Assembly: GCA_964016885.1 (NCBI GenBank)
Contig: OZ024753.1
Span: forward strand, 16,244,001 to 16,308,000
DNA: 64,000 bases
Source of the DNA: Eledone cirrhosa
Taxonomy: Eukaryota
Reading direction: 5' to 3'
Shown: positions 1 to 12,170 of the stretch, in pieces
Position numbering within the stretch: position 1 is the first letter of the stretch
How the letters are laid out: the number at the start of each line of letters is the position of its first letter
Program-made: the position numbers and the translations under genes
Notes under the pieces: generated by a model
Told to the model about the DNA's origin: nothing
The model's database searches: none
What the model saw: only the letters and a program-made list of their open reading frames with translations

Positions 1-3000
1 CAGTTGTTGCTACAGTTGTTGCTACTGCTGCAGTTGTTGCTACAGTTGTTGCTACTGCTGCAGTTGTTGCTACAGTTGTTGCTACTGCTGCAGTTGTTGC
101 TACAGTTGTTGCTACTGCTGCAGTTGTTGCTACAGTTGTTGCTACTGCTGCAGTTGTTGCTACAGTTGTTGCTACTGCTGCAGTTGTTGCTACAGTTGTT
201 GCTACTGCTGCAGTTGTTGCTACAGTTGTTGCTACTGCTGCAGTTGTTGCTACAGTTGTTGCTACTGCTGCAGTTGTTGCTACAGTTGTTGCTACTGCTG
301 CAGTTGTTGCTACAGTTGTTGCTACTGCTGCAGTTGTTGCTACAGTTGTTGCTACTGCTGCAGTTGTTGCTACAGTTGTTGCTACTGCTGCAGTTGTTGC
401 TACAGTTGTTGCTACTGCTGCAGTTGTTGCTACAGTTGTTGCTACTGCTGCAGTTGTTGCTACAGTTGTTGCTACTGCTGCAGTTGTTACTACAGTTGTT
501 ACTACAGTTGTTACTACAGTTGTTACTACAGTTGTTACTACAGTTGTTACTACAGTTGTTACTACAGTTGTTGCTACTGCTGCAGTTGTTACTACAGTTG
601 TTGCTACTGCTGCAGTTGTTGCTACAGTTGTTGCTACTGCTGCAGTTGTTACTACAGTTGTTACTACAGTTGTTGCTACTACAGTTGTTGCTACTGCTGC
701 AGTTGTTATACAGTTGTTGCTACTGCTGCTGTTGTTACTACAGTTGTTGCTACTGCTGCTGTTGTTACTACAGTTGTTGCTACTGCTGCTGTTGTTACTA
801 CAGTTGTTGCTACTGCTGCTGTTGTTACTACAGTTGTTGCTACTGCTGCTGTTGTTACTACAGTTGTTGCTACTGCTGCAGTTGTTACTACAGTTGTTGC
901 TACTGCTGCAGTTGTTACTACAGTTGTTGCTACTACAGTTGTTGCTACTACAGTTGTTGCTACTACAGTTGTTGCTACTGCTGCTGTTGTTACTACAGTT
1001 GTTGCTACTGCTGCAGTTGTTACTACAGTTGTTGCTACTGCTGCAGTTGTTACTACAGTTGTTGCTACTGCTGCAGTTGTTACTACAGTTGTTGCTACTG
1101 CTGCTGTTGTTACTACAGTTGTTGCTACTGCTGCTGTTGTTACTACAGTTGTTGCTACTGCTGCAGTTGTTACTACAGTTGTTGCTACTGCTGCAGTTGT
1201 TACTACAGTTGTTGCTACTGCTGCAGTTGTTACTACAGTTGTTGCTACTGCTGCAGTTGTTACTACAGTTGTTGCTACGACAGTTGTTGCTACAGTTGTT
1301 GCTACTGCTGCAGTTGTTACTACAGTTGTTGCTACTACAGTTGTTGCTACAGTTGTTGCTACTGCTGCAGTTGTTACTACAGTTGTTGCTACTGTGGCTG
1401 TTACTACAGTTGTTGCTACTGCTGCTGTTATTGCTGTTACTACAGTTGTTGCTATTGCTGCAGTTGTTGCTGTTACTACAGTTGTTGCTACTGCTGCTGT
1501 TGTTGCTACAGTTGTTGCTACTGCTGCTGTTGTTACTACAGTTGTTGCTACTGCTGCTGTTGTTACTACAGTTGTTGCTACTGCTGCTGTTGTTACTGCT
1601 GCTGTTGTTACTACAGTTGTTGCTACTGCTGCTGTTGTTACTACAGTTGTTGCTACTGCTGCAGTTGTTACTACAGTTGTTGCTACTGCTGCAGTTGTTA
1701 CTACAGTTGTTGCTACTGCTGCTGTTGTTACTACAGTTGTTGCTACTGCTGCTGTTGTTACTACAGTTGTTGCTACTGCTGCTGTTGTTACTACAGTTGT
1801 TGCTACTGCTGCTGTTGTTACTACAGTTGTTGCTACTGCTGCAGTTGTTACTACAGTTGTTGCTACTGCTGCAGTTGTTACTACAGTTGTTGCTACTGCT
1901 GCAGTTGTTACTACAGTTGTTGCTACTGCTGCTGTTGTTACTACAGTTGTTGCTACTGCTGCTGTTGTTACTACAGTTGTTGCTACTGCTGCTGTTGTTA
2001 CTACAGTTGTTGCTACTGCTGCTGTTGTTACTACAGTTGTTGCTACTGCTGCTGTTGTTGCTGTTACTACAGTTGTTGCTACTGCTGCTGTTGTTGCTGT
2101 TACTACAGTTGTTGCTACTGCTGCAGTTGTTACTACAGTTGTTACTACTGTTGCTGTTGTTACTACAGTTGTTGCTACTGTTGCTGTTGTTACTACAGTT
2201 GTTGCTACTACAGTTGTTGCTACTGCTGCTGTTGTTACTACAGTTGGTGCTACTGCTGCAGTTGTTACTACAGTTGTTGCTACTGCTGCAGTTGTTACTA
2301 CAGTTGTTGCTACTGTTGCAGTTGTTACTACAGTTGTTGCTTCTGCTGCAGTTGTTACTACAGTTGTTGCTACTGCTGCAGTTGTTACTACAGTTGTTGC
2401 TACTGCTGCAGTTGTTACTACAGTTGTTGCTACTGCTGCAGTTGTTACTACAGTTGTTGCTACTGCTGCAGTTGTTACTACAGTTGTTGCTACTACAGTT
2501 GTTGCTATTGCTGCAGTTGTTACTACAGTTGTTGCTACTACAGTTGTTGCAACAGTTGTTGCTATTGCTGCAGTTGTTACTACAGTTGTTGCTACAGTTG
2601 TTGCTACTGCTGCAGTTGTTACTACAGTTGTTGCTACTACTACAGTTGTTACTACTGCTGCTGTTGTTACTACTGCTGCAGTTGTTACTACAGTTGTTGC
2701 TACTGCTGCTGTTGTTACTACAGTTGTTGCTACTGCTGCTGTTGTTACTACAGTTGTTGCTACTGCTGCTGTTGTTACTACAGTTGTTGCTACTGCTGCA
2801 GTTGTTACTACAGTTGTTGCTACTGCTGCAGTTGTTACTACAGTTGTTGCTACTACAGTTGTTGCTACTGCTGCAGTTGTTACTACAGTTGTTGCTACTG
2901 CTGCAGTTGTTGCTACAGTTGTTGCTACTGCTGCAGTTGTTGCTACAGTTGTTGCTACTGCTGCAGTTGTTGCTACAGTTGTTGCTACTGCTGCAGTTGT

Positions 3001-6000
3001 TGCTACAGTTGTTGCTACTGCTGCAGTTGTTGCTACAGTTGTTGCTACTGCTGCAGTTGTTGCTACAGTTGTTGCTACTGCTGCAGTTGTTGCTACAGTT
3101 GTTGCTACTGCTGCAGTTGTTGCTACAGTTGTTGCTACTGCTGCAGTTGTTGCTACAGTTGTTGCTACTGCTGCAGTTGTTGCTACAGTTGTTGCTACTG
3201 CTGCAGTTGTTGCTACAGTTGTTGCTACTGCTGCAGTTGTTGCTACAGTTGTTGCTACTGCTGCAGTTGTTGCTACAGTTGTTGCTACTGCTGCAGTTGT
3301 TGCTACAGTTGTTGCTACTGCTGCAGTTGTTGCTACAGTTGTTGCTACTGCTGCAGTTGTTGCTACAGTTGTTGCTACTGCTGCAGTTGTTGCTACAGTT
3401 GTTGCTACTGCTGCAGTTGTTGCTACAGTTGTTGCTACTGCTGCAGTTGTTGCTACAGTTGTTGCTACTGCTGCAGTTGTTGCTACAGTTGTTGCTACTG
3501 CTGCAGTTGTTGCTACAGTTGTTGCTACTGCTGCAGTTGTTGCTACAGTTGTTGCTACTGCTGCAGTTGTTGCTACAGTTGTTGCTACTGCTGCAGTTGT
3601 TGCTACAGTTGTTGCTACTGCTGCAGTTGTTGCTACAGTTGTTGCTACTGCTGCAGTTGTTGCTACAGTTGTTGCTACTGCTGCAGTTGTTGCTACAGTT
3701 GTTGCTACTGCTGCAGTTGTTGCTACAGTTGTTGCTACTGCTGCAGTTGTTACTACAGTTGTTACTACAGTTGTTACTACAGTTGTTACTACAGTTGTTA
3801 CTACAGTTGTTACTACAGTTGTTACTACAGTTGTTACTACAGTTGTTGCTACTGCTGCAGTTGTTACTACAGTTGTTGCTACTGCTGCAGTTGTTGCTAC
3901 AGTTGTTGCTACTGCTGCAGTTGTTGCTACAGTTGTTGCTACTGCTGCAGTTGTTACTACAGTTGTTACTACAGTTGTTGCTACTACAGTTGTTGCTACT
4001 GCTGCAGTTGTTATACAGTTGTTGCTACTGCTGCTGTTGTTACTACAGTTGTTGCTACTGCTGCTGTTGTTACTACAGTTGTTGCTACTGCTGCTGTTGT
4101 TACTACAGTTGTTGCTACTGCTGCTGTTGTTACTACAGTTGTTGCTACTGCTGCTGTTGTTACTACAGTTGTTGCTACTGCTGCAGTTGTTACTACAGTT
4201 GTTGCTACTGCTGCAGTTGTTACTACAGTTGTTGCTACTACAGTTGTTGCTACTACAGTTGTTGCTACTACAGTTGTTGCTACTGCTGCTGTTGTTACTA
4301 CAGTTGTTGCTACTGCTGCAGTTGTTACTACAGTTGTTGCTACTGCTGCAGTTGTTACTACAGTTGTTGCTACTGCTGCAGTTGTTACTACAGTTGTTGC
4401 TACTGCTGCTGTTGTTACTACAGTTGTTGCTACTGCTGCTGTTGTTACTACAGTTGTTGCTACTGCTGCAGTTGTTACTACAGTTGTTGCTACTGCTGCA
4501 GTTGTTACTACAGTTGTTGCTACTGCTGCAGTTGTTACTACAGTTGTTGCTACTGCTGCAGTTGTTACTACAGTTGTTGCTACGACAGTTGTTGCTACAG
4601 TTGTTGCTACTGCTGCAGTTGTTACTACAGTTGTTGCTACTACAGTTGTTGCTACAGTTGTTGCTACTGCTGCAGTTGTTACTACAGTTGTTGCTACTGT
4701 GGCTGTTACTACAGTTGTTGCTACTGCTGCTGTTATTGCTGTTACTACAGTTGTTGCTATTGCTGCAGTTGTTGCTGTTACTACAGTTGTTGCTACTGCT
4801 GCTGTTGTTGCTACAGTTGTTGCTACTGCTGCTGTTGTTACTACAGTTGTTGCTACTGCTGCTGTTGTTACTACAGTTGTTGTTACTACAGTTGTTGCTA
4901 CTGCTGCTGTTGTTACTACAGTTGTTGCTACTGCTGCTGTTGTTACTACAGTTGTTGCTACTGCTGCAGTTGTTACTACAGTTGTTGCTACTGCTGCAGT
5001 TGTTACTACAGTTGTTGCTACTGCTGCAGTTGTTACTACAGTTGTTGCTACTGCTGCTGTTGTTACTACAGTTGTTGCTACTGCTGCTGTTGTTACTACA
5101 GTTGTTGCTACTGCTGCTGTTGTTACTACAGTTGTTGCTACTGCTGCTGTTGTTACTACAGTTGTTGCTACTGCTGCAGTTGTTACTACAGTTGTTGCTA
5201 CTGCTGCAGTTGTTACTACAGTTGTTGCTACTGCTGCTGTTGTTACTACAGTTGTTGCTACTGCTGCTGTTGTTACTACAGTTGTTGCTACTGCTGCTGT
5301 TGTTACTACAGTTGTTGCTACTGCTGCTGTTGTTGCTGTTACTACAGTTGTTGCTACTGCTGCTGTTGTTGCTGTTACTACAGTTGTTGCTACTGCTGCA
5401 GTTGTTACTACAGTTGTTACTACTGTTGCTGTTGTTACTACAGTTGTTGCTACTGTTGCTGTTGTTACTACAGTTGTTGCTACTACAGTTGTTGCTACTG
5501 CTGCTGTTGTTACTACAGTTGGTGCTACTGCTGCAGTTGTTACTACAGTTGTTGCTACTGCTGCAGTTGTTACTACAGTTGTTGCTACTGTTGCAGTTGT
5601 TACTACAGTTGTTGCTTCTGCTGCAGTTGTTACTACAGTTGTTGCTACTGCTGCAGTTGTTACTACAGTTGTTGCTACTGCTGCAGTTGTTACTACAGTT
5701 GTTGCTACTGCTGCAGTTGTTACTACAGTTGTTGCTACTGCTGCAGTTGTTACTACAGTTGTTGCTACTGCTGCAGTTGTTACTACAGTTGTTGCTACTG
5801 CTGCAGTTGTTACTACAGTTGTTGCTACTACAGTTGTTGCTATTGCTGCAGTTGTTACTACAGTTGTTGCTACTACAGTTGTTGCAACAGTTGTTGCTAT
5901 TGCTGCAGTTGTTACTACAGTTGTTGCTACAGTTGTTGCTACTGCTGCAGTTGTTACTACAGTTGTTGCTACTACTACAGTTGTTACTACTGCTGCTGTT

Positions 6001-8738
6001 GTTACTACTGCTGCAGTTGTTACTACAGTTGTTGCTACTGCTGCTGTTGTTACTACAGTTGTTGCTACTGCTGCTGTTGTTACTACAGTTGTTGCTACTG
6101 CTGCTGTTGTTACTACAGTTGTTGCTACTGCTGCAGTTGTTACTACAGTTGTTGCTACTACAGTTGTTGCTACTGCTGCAGTTGTTACTACAGTTGTTGC
6201 TACTGCTGCAGTTGTTACTACAGTTGTTGCTACTGCTGCAGTTGTTACTACAGTTGTTGCTACTGCTGCAGTTGTTACTACAGTTGTTGCTACTGCTGCA
6301 GTTGTTACTACAGTTGTTGCTACTACAGTTGTTGCTACTGCAGTTGTTACTACAGTTGTTGCTACTACAGTTGTTACTACAGTTGTTGCTACTACAGTTG
6401 TTGCTACAGTTGTTGCTATTGCTGCAGTTGTTACTACAGTTGTTGCTACAGTTGTTGCTACTGCTGCAGTTGTTACTACAGTTGTTGCTACTACTACAGT
6501 TGTTGCTACTGCTGCTGTTGTTACTACAGTTGTTGCTACTGCTGCAGTTGTTACTATAGTTGTTGCTACTGCTGCAGTTGTTACTACAGTTGTTACTACT
6601 GCTGCAGTTGTTACTACAGTTGTTGCTACTGCTGCAGTTGTTACTACAGTTGTTGCTACAGTTGTTGCTACTGCTGCAGTTGTTACAGTTGTTGCTACTG
6701 CTGCAGTTGTTAATACAGTTGTTGCTACTGCTGCAGCTGTTACTACAGTTGTTGCTACAGTTGTTGCTATTGCTGCAGTTGTTACTACAGTTGTTGCTAC
6801 TGCAGTTGTTACTACAGTTGTTGCTACTGCTGCAGTTGTTACTACAGTTGTTACTACTGCTGCTGTTGTTACTACAGTTGTTGCTACTGCTGCAGTTGTT
6901 ACTACAGTTGTTGCTACAGTTGTTGCTACTGCTGCAGTTGTTGCTACAGTTGTTGCTACTGCTGCAGTTGTTGCTACTGCTGCAGTTGTTGCTACTGCTG
7001 CAGTTGTTGCTACAGTTGTTGCTACTGCTGCAGTTGTTGCTACAGTTGTTGCTACTGCTGCAGTTGTTGCTACAGTTGTTGCTACTGCTGCAGTTGTTGC
7101 TACAGTTGTTGCTACTGCTGCAGTTGTTGCTACAGTTGTTGCTACTGCTGCAGTTGTTGCTACAGTTGTTGCTACTGCTGCAGTTGTTGCTACAGTTGTT
7201 GCTACTGCTGCAGTTGTTACTACAGTTGTTGCTACTGCTGCAGTTGTTACTACAGTTGTTGCTACTGCTGCAGTTGTTACTACAGTTGTTGCTACTGCTG
7301 CAGTTGTTACTACAGTTGTTGCTATTGCTGCAGTTGTTACTACAGTTGTTGCTATTGCTGCAGTTGTTACTACTGCTGCAGTTGTTACTACAGTTGTTGC
7401 TACTGCTGCAGTTGTTACTACAGTTGTTGCTACTGCTGCAGTTGTTGCTACAGTTGTTGCTACAGTTGTTGCTACTGCTGCTGTTGTTACTACAGTTGTT
7501 GCTACTGCTGCTGTTGTTACTACAGTTGTTGCTACTGCTGCTGTTGTTACTACAGTTGTTGCTACTGCTGCTGTTGTTACTACAGTTGTTGCTACTGCTG
7601 CTGTTGTTACTACAGTTGTTGCTACTGCTGCAGTTGTTACTACAGTTGTTGCTACTGCTGCAGTTGTTGCTACAGTTGTTGCTACAGTTGTTGCTACTGC
7701 TGCTGTTGTTACTACAGTTGTTGCTACTGCTGCTGTTGTTACTACAGTTGTTGCTACTGCTGCAGTTGTTACTACAGTTGTTGCTACTGCTGCAGTTGTT
7801 ACTACAGTTGTTGCTACTGCTGCAGTTGTTACTACAGTTGTTGCTACTGCTGCAGTTGTTACTACAGTTGTTGCTACTGCTGCAGTTGTTACTACAGTTG
7901 TTGCTACTGCTGCAGTTGTTGCTATTGCTGCAGTTGTTGCTGTTACTACAGTTGTTGCTACTGCTGCAGTTGTTGCTGTTACTACAGTTGTTGCTACTGC
8001 TGCTGTTGTTGCTGTTACTACAGTTGTTGCTACTGCTGCAGTTGTTGCTGTTACTACAGTTGTTGCTACTGCTGCAGTTGTTGCTGTTACTACAGTTGTT
8101 GCTACTGCTGCTCTTGTTACTACAGTTGTTGCTACTGCTGCTGTTGTTGCTGTTACTACAGTTGTTGCTACTGCTGCAGTTGTTGCTGTTACTACAGTTG
8201 TTGCTACTGCTGCAGTTGTTGCTGTTACTACAGTTGTTGCTACTGCTGCAGTTGTTGCTGTTACTACAGTTGTTGCTACTGCTGCTGTTGCTGTTACTAC
8301 AGTTGTTGCTACTGCTGCTGTTGTTGCTGTTACTACAGTTGTTGCTACTGCTGCTGTTACTACAGTTGTTGCTACTGCTGCAGTTGTTACTACAGTTGTT
8401 GCTACTACAGTTGTTACTACAGTTGTTGCTACTGCTGCAGTTGTTACTACAGTTGTTGCTACTACAGTTGTTGCTACAGTTGTTACTACAGTTGTTGCTA
8501 CTGCTGCAGTTGTTGCTGTTACTACAGTTGTAGTTGCTACTGCTGCAGTTGTTGCTGTTGCTGCAGTTGTTGCTGTTACTACAGTTGTAGTTGCTATTGT
8601 GATGTTATTGCAGTTGCTGCAGTTGTTACTACAGTTGTAGTTGTTACTGCTGCAGTTGCTACTGCTGCAGTTGCTGCAGTTGTTACTACAGTTGTACTTG
8701 TTACTGCTGCAGTTGTTACTGCAGTTGTTGCTGTGGTA
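1..8738. repeat. Trinucleotide-derived minisatellite (main 30-bp unit CAGTTGTTGCTACAGTTGTTGCTACTGCTG / ...GTTACTA variants) with ~3.3-kb higher-order repeat; truncated by window start
   Basis: Tandem GTT/GCT/ACT/ACA triplets throughout. Diagnostic variants recur 3305 bp apart (TTATACAG at 706 and 4011; ACTGTGGCTG at 1391 and 4696). The array decays at 8500-8738. Confidence 0.97.
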
Positions 8739-9544
8739 GGGATATCATTTCATTTATTTTTTAAAAGTCACGTTTCATTTCTCTTCCAGTTAAATCTCTG
8801 TACATTGGTGATTATGTAAAAGTTGTTGTTGATGATGATGTTGCTGATGTTGATGTCAATATTGCTGTCGATGTTGTTAATGTTGTTTTCCTTAAAAAAC
8901 AAACAAAAACAACCACCAAAAAACACACAACACTATTTTTCTCCACTTTTGGAATCCACAAGAGTCCTTAAAACATGCAGCTGACTCATTGACAATCATA
9001 GTTATCGCTACTTCTTCCTTCCTGAAGAGCCATCACCAATGATTAATTTTCTTTCCGATCAGAGAGTTCATTTATTTGTTCTATAGTTAAAATGTCTAAC
9101 GTAACTCCATCTTTCAACACAAGGAAAGCTATGGGGAAATTATAAACCATTAACTGATTCTCTTCTCTTCTTGTCTATTTTATTTTATTTTATTTTATTT
9201 TTAAATAGTTCTGAGAAAACACGTGCATTTAAATTGGGTATTTAGACTTCGAGAGAAATTAATATATTCATCGTGTTCAAATCAATTTACATATTTTTAT
9301 TTAGATTCACTCTACATTTCCAAATTGGTGCTGATATTCTTGCAAAGTGTTGACCGTTTATAAAGAATGTAAATTAAGGAATATATTAAGAGGAGAAGAA
9401 AAGGAAATGAGATAATTTGAAACAGTTTTTTTTTTTCACCTGAAATAAGGAGAAAAGGTAAACTAAAAGCTCCATATAAAAGTTGAAAACAAATTTGAAA
9501 ATTATTTATCTCAAAACATTTCTTACGTGCCTACTTTTCTAATG

Positions 9545-9735
9545 GCATCATAAAATACACCAGGTTCACTCTGTCAAGTAGGTAATGCTGGTGCTTTAAT
9601 AAAATACACCACATACACTCTACAAAATGGTAATGTTGGTCCCATAATAAAATGTACTCAGTACACTTTATAAAGTGGTAGTGCTAATGTTAGAAAGGTC
9701 ATTAGCTGTAGTAACCATGCCAAAAATGGAATATA
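9545..9735 (+). mobile_element. Old, degenerate SINE body fragment (tandem ~48-bp subunits plus Nin-like segment)
   Basis: Repeated GGTAATGCTGGT..ATAAAA..CAC..TACACT units followed by GTTAGAAAGGTCATTAGCTGTAG, a diverged version of the GTTAGGAAGGGCATCCAGCTGTAG segment seen in the younger SINEs at 30119 and 59123. Confidence 0.5.
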
Positions 9736-9783
9736 TGAGCAAAACATGAAACCCCTTACCCCTATCTCACATGGCTAAATAAT

Positions 9784-9967
9784 TGTTTCTACTTTTGGCA
9801 CCAGGCCAGCAATTATCCAGTGCATTACTGGTACTTTATTTTATCGACCCCGTAAGGATGAAAGTCAAAGTTAACCTTGGCGGGATTTGAACTCAGATCA
9901 TAAAGGGAGGTAACTCTATGCTTCAAAGCATGGCGCCCGACCCTCTACCGATACTGCCAATCCACCG
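9784..9967 (-). mobile_element. tRNA-derived SINE, family A (resembles octopus OR-type SINEs), full length with 18-bp target-site duplication (TSD)
   Basis: Minus strand has tRNA-like head with B-box GAGTTCAAATCCC, body ..TTTCATCCTTACGGGGTCGATAAAATAAAGTACCAG.. and tail GTGCCAAAAGTAGAAACAATT. Direct repeat CTCACATGGCTAAATAAT at 9766-9783 and 9968-9985. Confidence 0.88.
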
Positions 9968-10249
9968 CTCACATGGCTAAATAATGAGGAAGAGGAAGAC
10001 ACAGCTACACCGAGGAAATATATTCTTAATGTTTATTTTTTTATCTGGTCTCAGCCTTTGGAATGTGGTCATGCTGGAGCACATTATGTTGACACTAACT
10101 TTGCTATGAACATTTCAATACAAATAATAATAATTATAATTATTTCTCTTTTTCAGCCACAAGACCCTAATAATATAAAGAGTGGTGGGCTCATGTGTAG
10201 AGATGCAAAAAAATAGGGTAAAGACCCTTAAAGATGAAAAGAGAAGTCG

Positions 10250-10450
10250 CTTTCTTCTTCTGGCACCAAGCCAACAATTTGAAGGGAAAAATTGATTAAA
10301 TTGCCCCTATTGTATTACTGATATTTTATCAACCTTGTAAGGATGAAAGTTGACTTCTGTGGGATTTGAACTCAATATAAAGAGCCAGAGTGTGATACTG
10401 CAATGGTATTTTATCTAACACCCCTTACCAGTTCACCCAATTCATCACCC
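10250..10450 (-). mobile_element. SINE family A, diverged copy
   Basis: Shares GGCACCAAG, TAAGGATGAAAG and GGGATTTGAACTCA blocks with 9784-9967. Confidence 0.7.
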
Positions 10451-10480
10451 TACTACTACTACAAATAATAATAATAATAA

Positions 10481-10610
10481 TGGTTTCTGATTTATGCACA
10501 AGGTCAACAATTTTGTGGGAGAGGGAAGTCGATGAAATCGACCCCAGTGCATTACTGGTACTTTATTTTAATGACCCTGTAAGAATGAAAGACAAATCTA
10601 ACCTTGGTGC
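10481..10610 (-). mobile_element. SINE family A, 5'-truncated copy with (ATT)n tail
   Basis: GCACAAGG...ATCGACCCCAGTGCATTACTGGTACTTTATTT...TAACCTTGG, preceded on + by (AAT)n tail at 10464-10481. Confidence 0.75.
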
Positions 10611-10621
10611 ATGAAACAAAT

Positions 10622-10663
<42 letters not shown>

Positions 10664-10704
10664 ATATTAAATAAATGGAAACTAAATTTATAAAACCATA
10701 TTTA

Positions 10705-10765
10705 TTTTATTATGTATATTTCATGGGCAACCTAGACAACATTGGTACGCTTTCATCAGATAAAA
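10705..10765 (-). ncRNA. Minimal type I hammerhead ribozyme motif (stem II partly degenerate)
   Basis: Minus: UUUUAU CUGAUGA aagcguacc...gguugcccau GAAA UAUACA UA / AUAAAA; stem I UUUUAU:AUAAAA. Confidence 0.6.
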
Positions 10766-10844
10766 GGTATGATTTCAGGTATGATTTATCATACCCTAAG
10801 ATATGATTTTCATGGGTATGTCTCTATTTATAAAATAAACTTTG

Positions 10845-10909
10845 TATTTTATCTGATGAAAGTGCACCAATGTTGTCTTGGTTGCCCTTGAAATATATAT
10901 AATAAAATA
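10845..10909 (+). ncRNA. Minimal type I hammerhead ribozyme motif
   Basis: UAUUUUAU CUGAUGA AAGUGCACC-loop-GGUUGCCCUU GAAA UAUAUA UA / AUAAAAUA: perfect 8-bp stem I, intact core, palindromic mini stem III. Confidence 0.75.
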
Positions 10910-11123
10910 AATATGGTTTTATAAATATAGTTTCCATTTATTTAATATTGAATATTTACTCCAGTAGTAATCTGTTGAGTGCTCTAAATCAGTTATAAAC
11001 ATTTATGTTTGTCGGACTTCCAACAAATTAAATACCACTTCTACTTATATATATATATATATATATATTGTTCCTGCGTATTTGTACAGTTGTTTTTCCT
11101 TTTCCATACAGCCTCATTTAAAC

Positions 11124-11162
11124 CGAGCTGATGATCCAAATAAGGTGAAACAATTGTTCTCG
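11124..11162 (+). ncRNA. Minimal type I hammerhead ribozyme motif (39 nt)
   Basis: CGAG CUGAUGA U CC AAAUAA GG U GAAA CAAUUG UU / CUCG: stem I CGAG:CUCG, intact core, palindromic ACAAUUGU stem III, GUU triplet. Lies in a segment bracketed by (TA)n tracts (11046-11207). Confidence 0.65.
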
Positions 11163-11236
11163 ATAATGAGGAACTGTTGTGGAACTACTTATATATATAT
11201 ATATATAGAGAGGGAGAGAGAGAGAGAGAGAAAGAG

Positions 11237-11410
11237 AGAAATGGCTTCTACAGGACTGGAACTGTTTCACTCGAAGGGAATCATCAGGGCTTTCTTGATG
11301 ATTTCCTTCGAATTAAACTGTTCTAGTCCTGTAGAAGCCATTTCTATATTAAATATTTACACTCTGCTATGTATTGAGTACCTTACTTACTGTGGTGACC
11401 CCCGATTGAA
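11237..11410. mobile_element. Foldback element 2 (palindrome 11237-11345) with hammerhead fold and pseudo-LTR-like extension
   Basis: AGAAATGGCTTCTACAGGACT...AGTCCTGTAGAAGCCATTTCT inverted repeat. The two-arm consensus gives GGCUUU CUGAUGA UUC..GAG U GAAA CAG..CUG UA / GAAGCC. The extension 11355-11410 recurs inverted at 58665-58724. Confidence 0.7.
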
Positions 11411-11474
11411 TCTGGGATACACACACACACACACATAAATGTATGTATGTATGTATGTATGTTCTTTTTGGTAA

Positions 11475-11767
11475 ATATCATCTTGGTTAAGAGAGTGGGA
11501 CTGGCTTTGTGCAGTGCCTTTGCTCACTATAAAAGCTTCACGGCACAGGCATTGCTTTATATCTGGAGATCTCTCTGCACTTGTCGTCACATGGTACCAT
11601 GGGCCCAGCACTATGTGTCAATAATTGTCACCAGTGTAGTGTTTGTACCAGAGTTTTCAAGTCGCTGGCTGGACTAAAAAGTCACAGTCGTTCAGTGCAT
11701 CGGTAGGGATTCTCCTACATGGATATAAAGTAGTGGCCGTACTCGAAAACGAGTTGGCAGCCACCAT
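11475..11767 (+). mobile_element. LINE (probably RTE clade) 3' end: C-terminal CCHH zinc finger and short 3' UTR hairpin
   Basis: 11629-11706 translates HQCSVCTRVFKSLAGLKSHSRSVHR*, a single C-x2-C...H-x4-H finger with no TGEKP linker. It is followed by GTGGCCGTACTCGAAAACGAGTTGGCAGCCAC hairpin and a (TG)n tail. Confidence 0.6.
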
Positions 11768-12137
11768 GTGTGTGTGTGTGTGTGCACGCGTTGTACTCTA
11801 GGAGGGTCATGCTGCTGATAAAAAAAAAAACACATCTGTTGCTTTTCACTTCAATCTATTAATATATTACTAAAACTCTGTGATTGCTTGCTTGTCTGTA
11901 ATGTAATACAGCCAAAAGGGCGTATGATGGCAAAATACTTTGAAAGGAAGTTGACCCTGAAATGGGAATACAACTGAAATAAAACAAGTTTCGCGTAATT
12001 CGGACCAGGTTCCCAAAATATGGGGTTTTTCTGAGTATCTTCATAAACAGAGAAAGAGAGACATAAATAGAGGCAGAGAGGAGGCAGAGAAGGAGAATGG
12101 AAGAGAGAGAGCTGTTGGTGTTGGTGGTGGTGGTGTG

Positions 12138-12170
<33 letters not shown>

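Larger units (their letters stand above)
10664..11045. mobile_element. Foldback element 1 (Penelope pseudo-LTR-like) between (TA)n tracts; arms 10664-10765 and 10847-10948
   Basis: ~100-bp imperfect inverted repeat with a hammerhead fold in each arm. The right arm plus extension is homologous to 29841-30050. Confidence 0.8.

Noticed and set aside
4-8640. 2878-, 1999-, 1721- and 657-aa ORFs (poly L/Q, C/Y, V/A/T)
   Set aside because: All three frames are open because the triplet repeat lacks stops. Frames swap at the 1-nt deletions, and there is no unique domain or supported splice context.
8770-9375. Several acceptor/donor-like sites suggesting small + strand exons
   Set aside because: No coherent reading frame or recognisable protein; cannot be supported without transcript data.
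11629-11706. Host C2H2 zinc-finger gene
   Set aside because: Single finger without linker, upstream in-frame stop, followed by a retroposon-type hairpin and tail; better explained as a LINE C-terminus.
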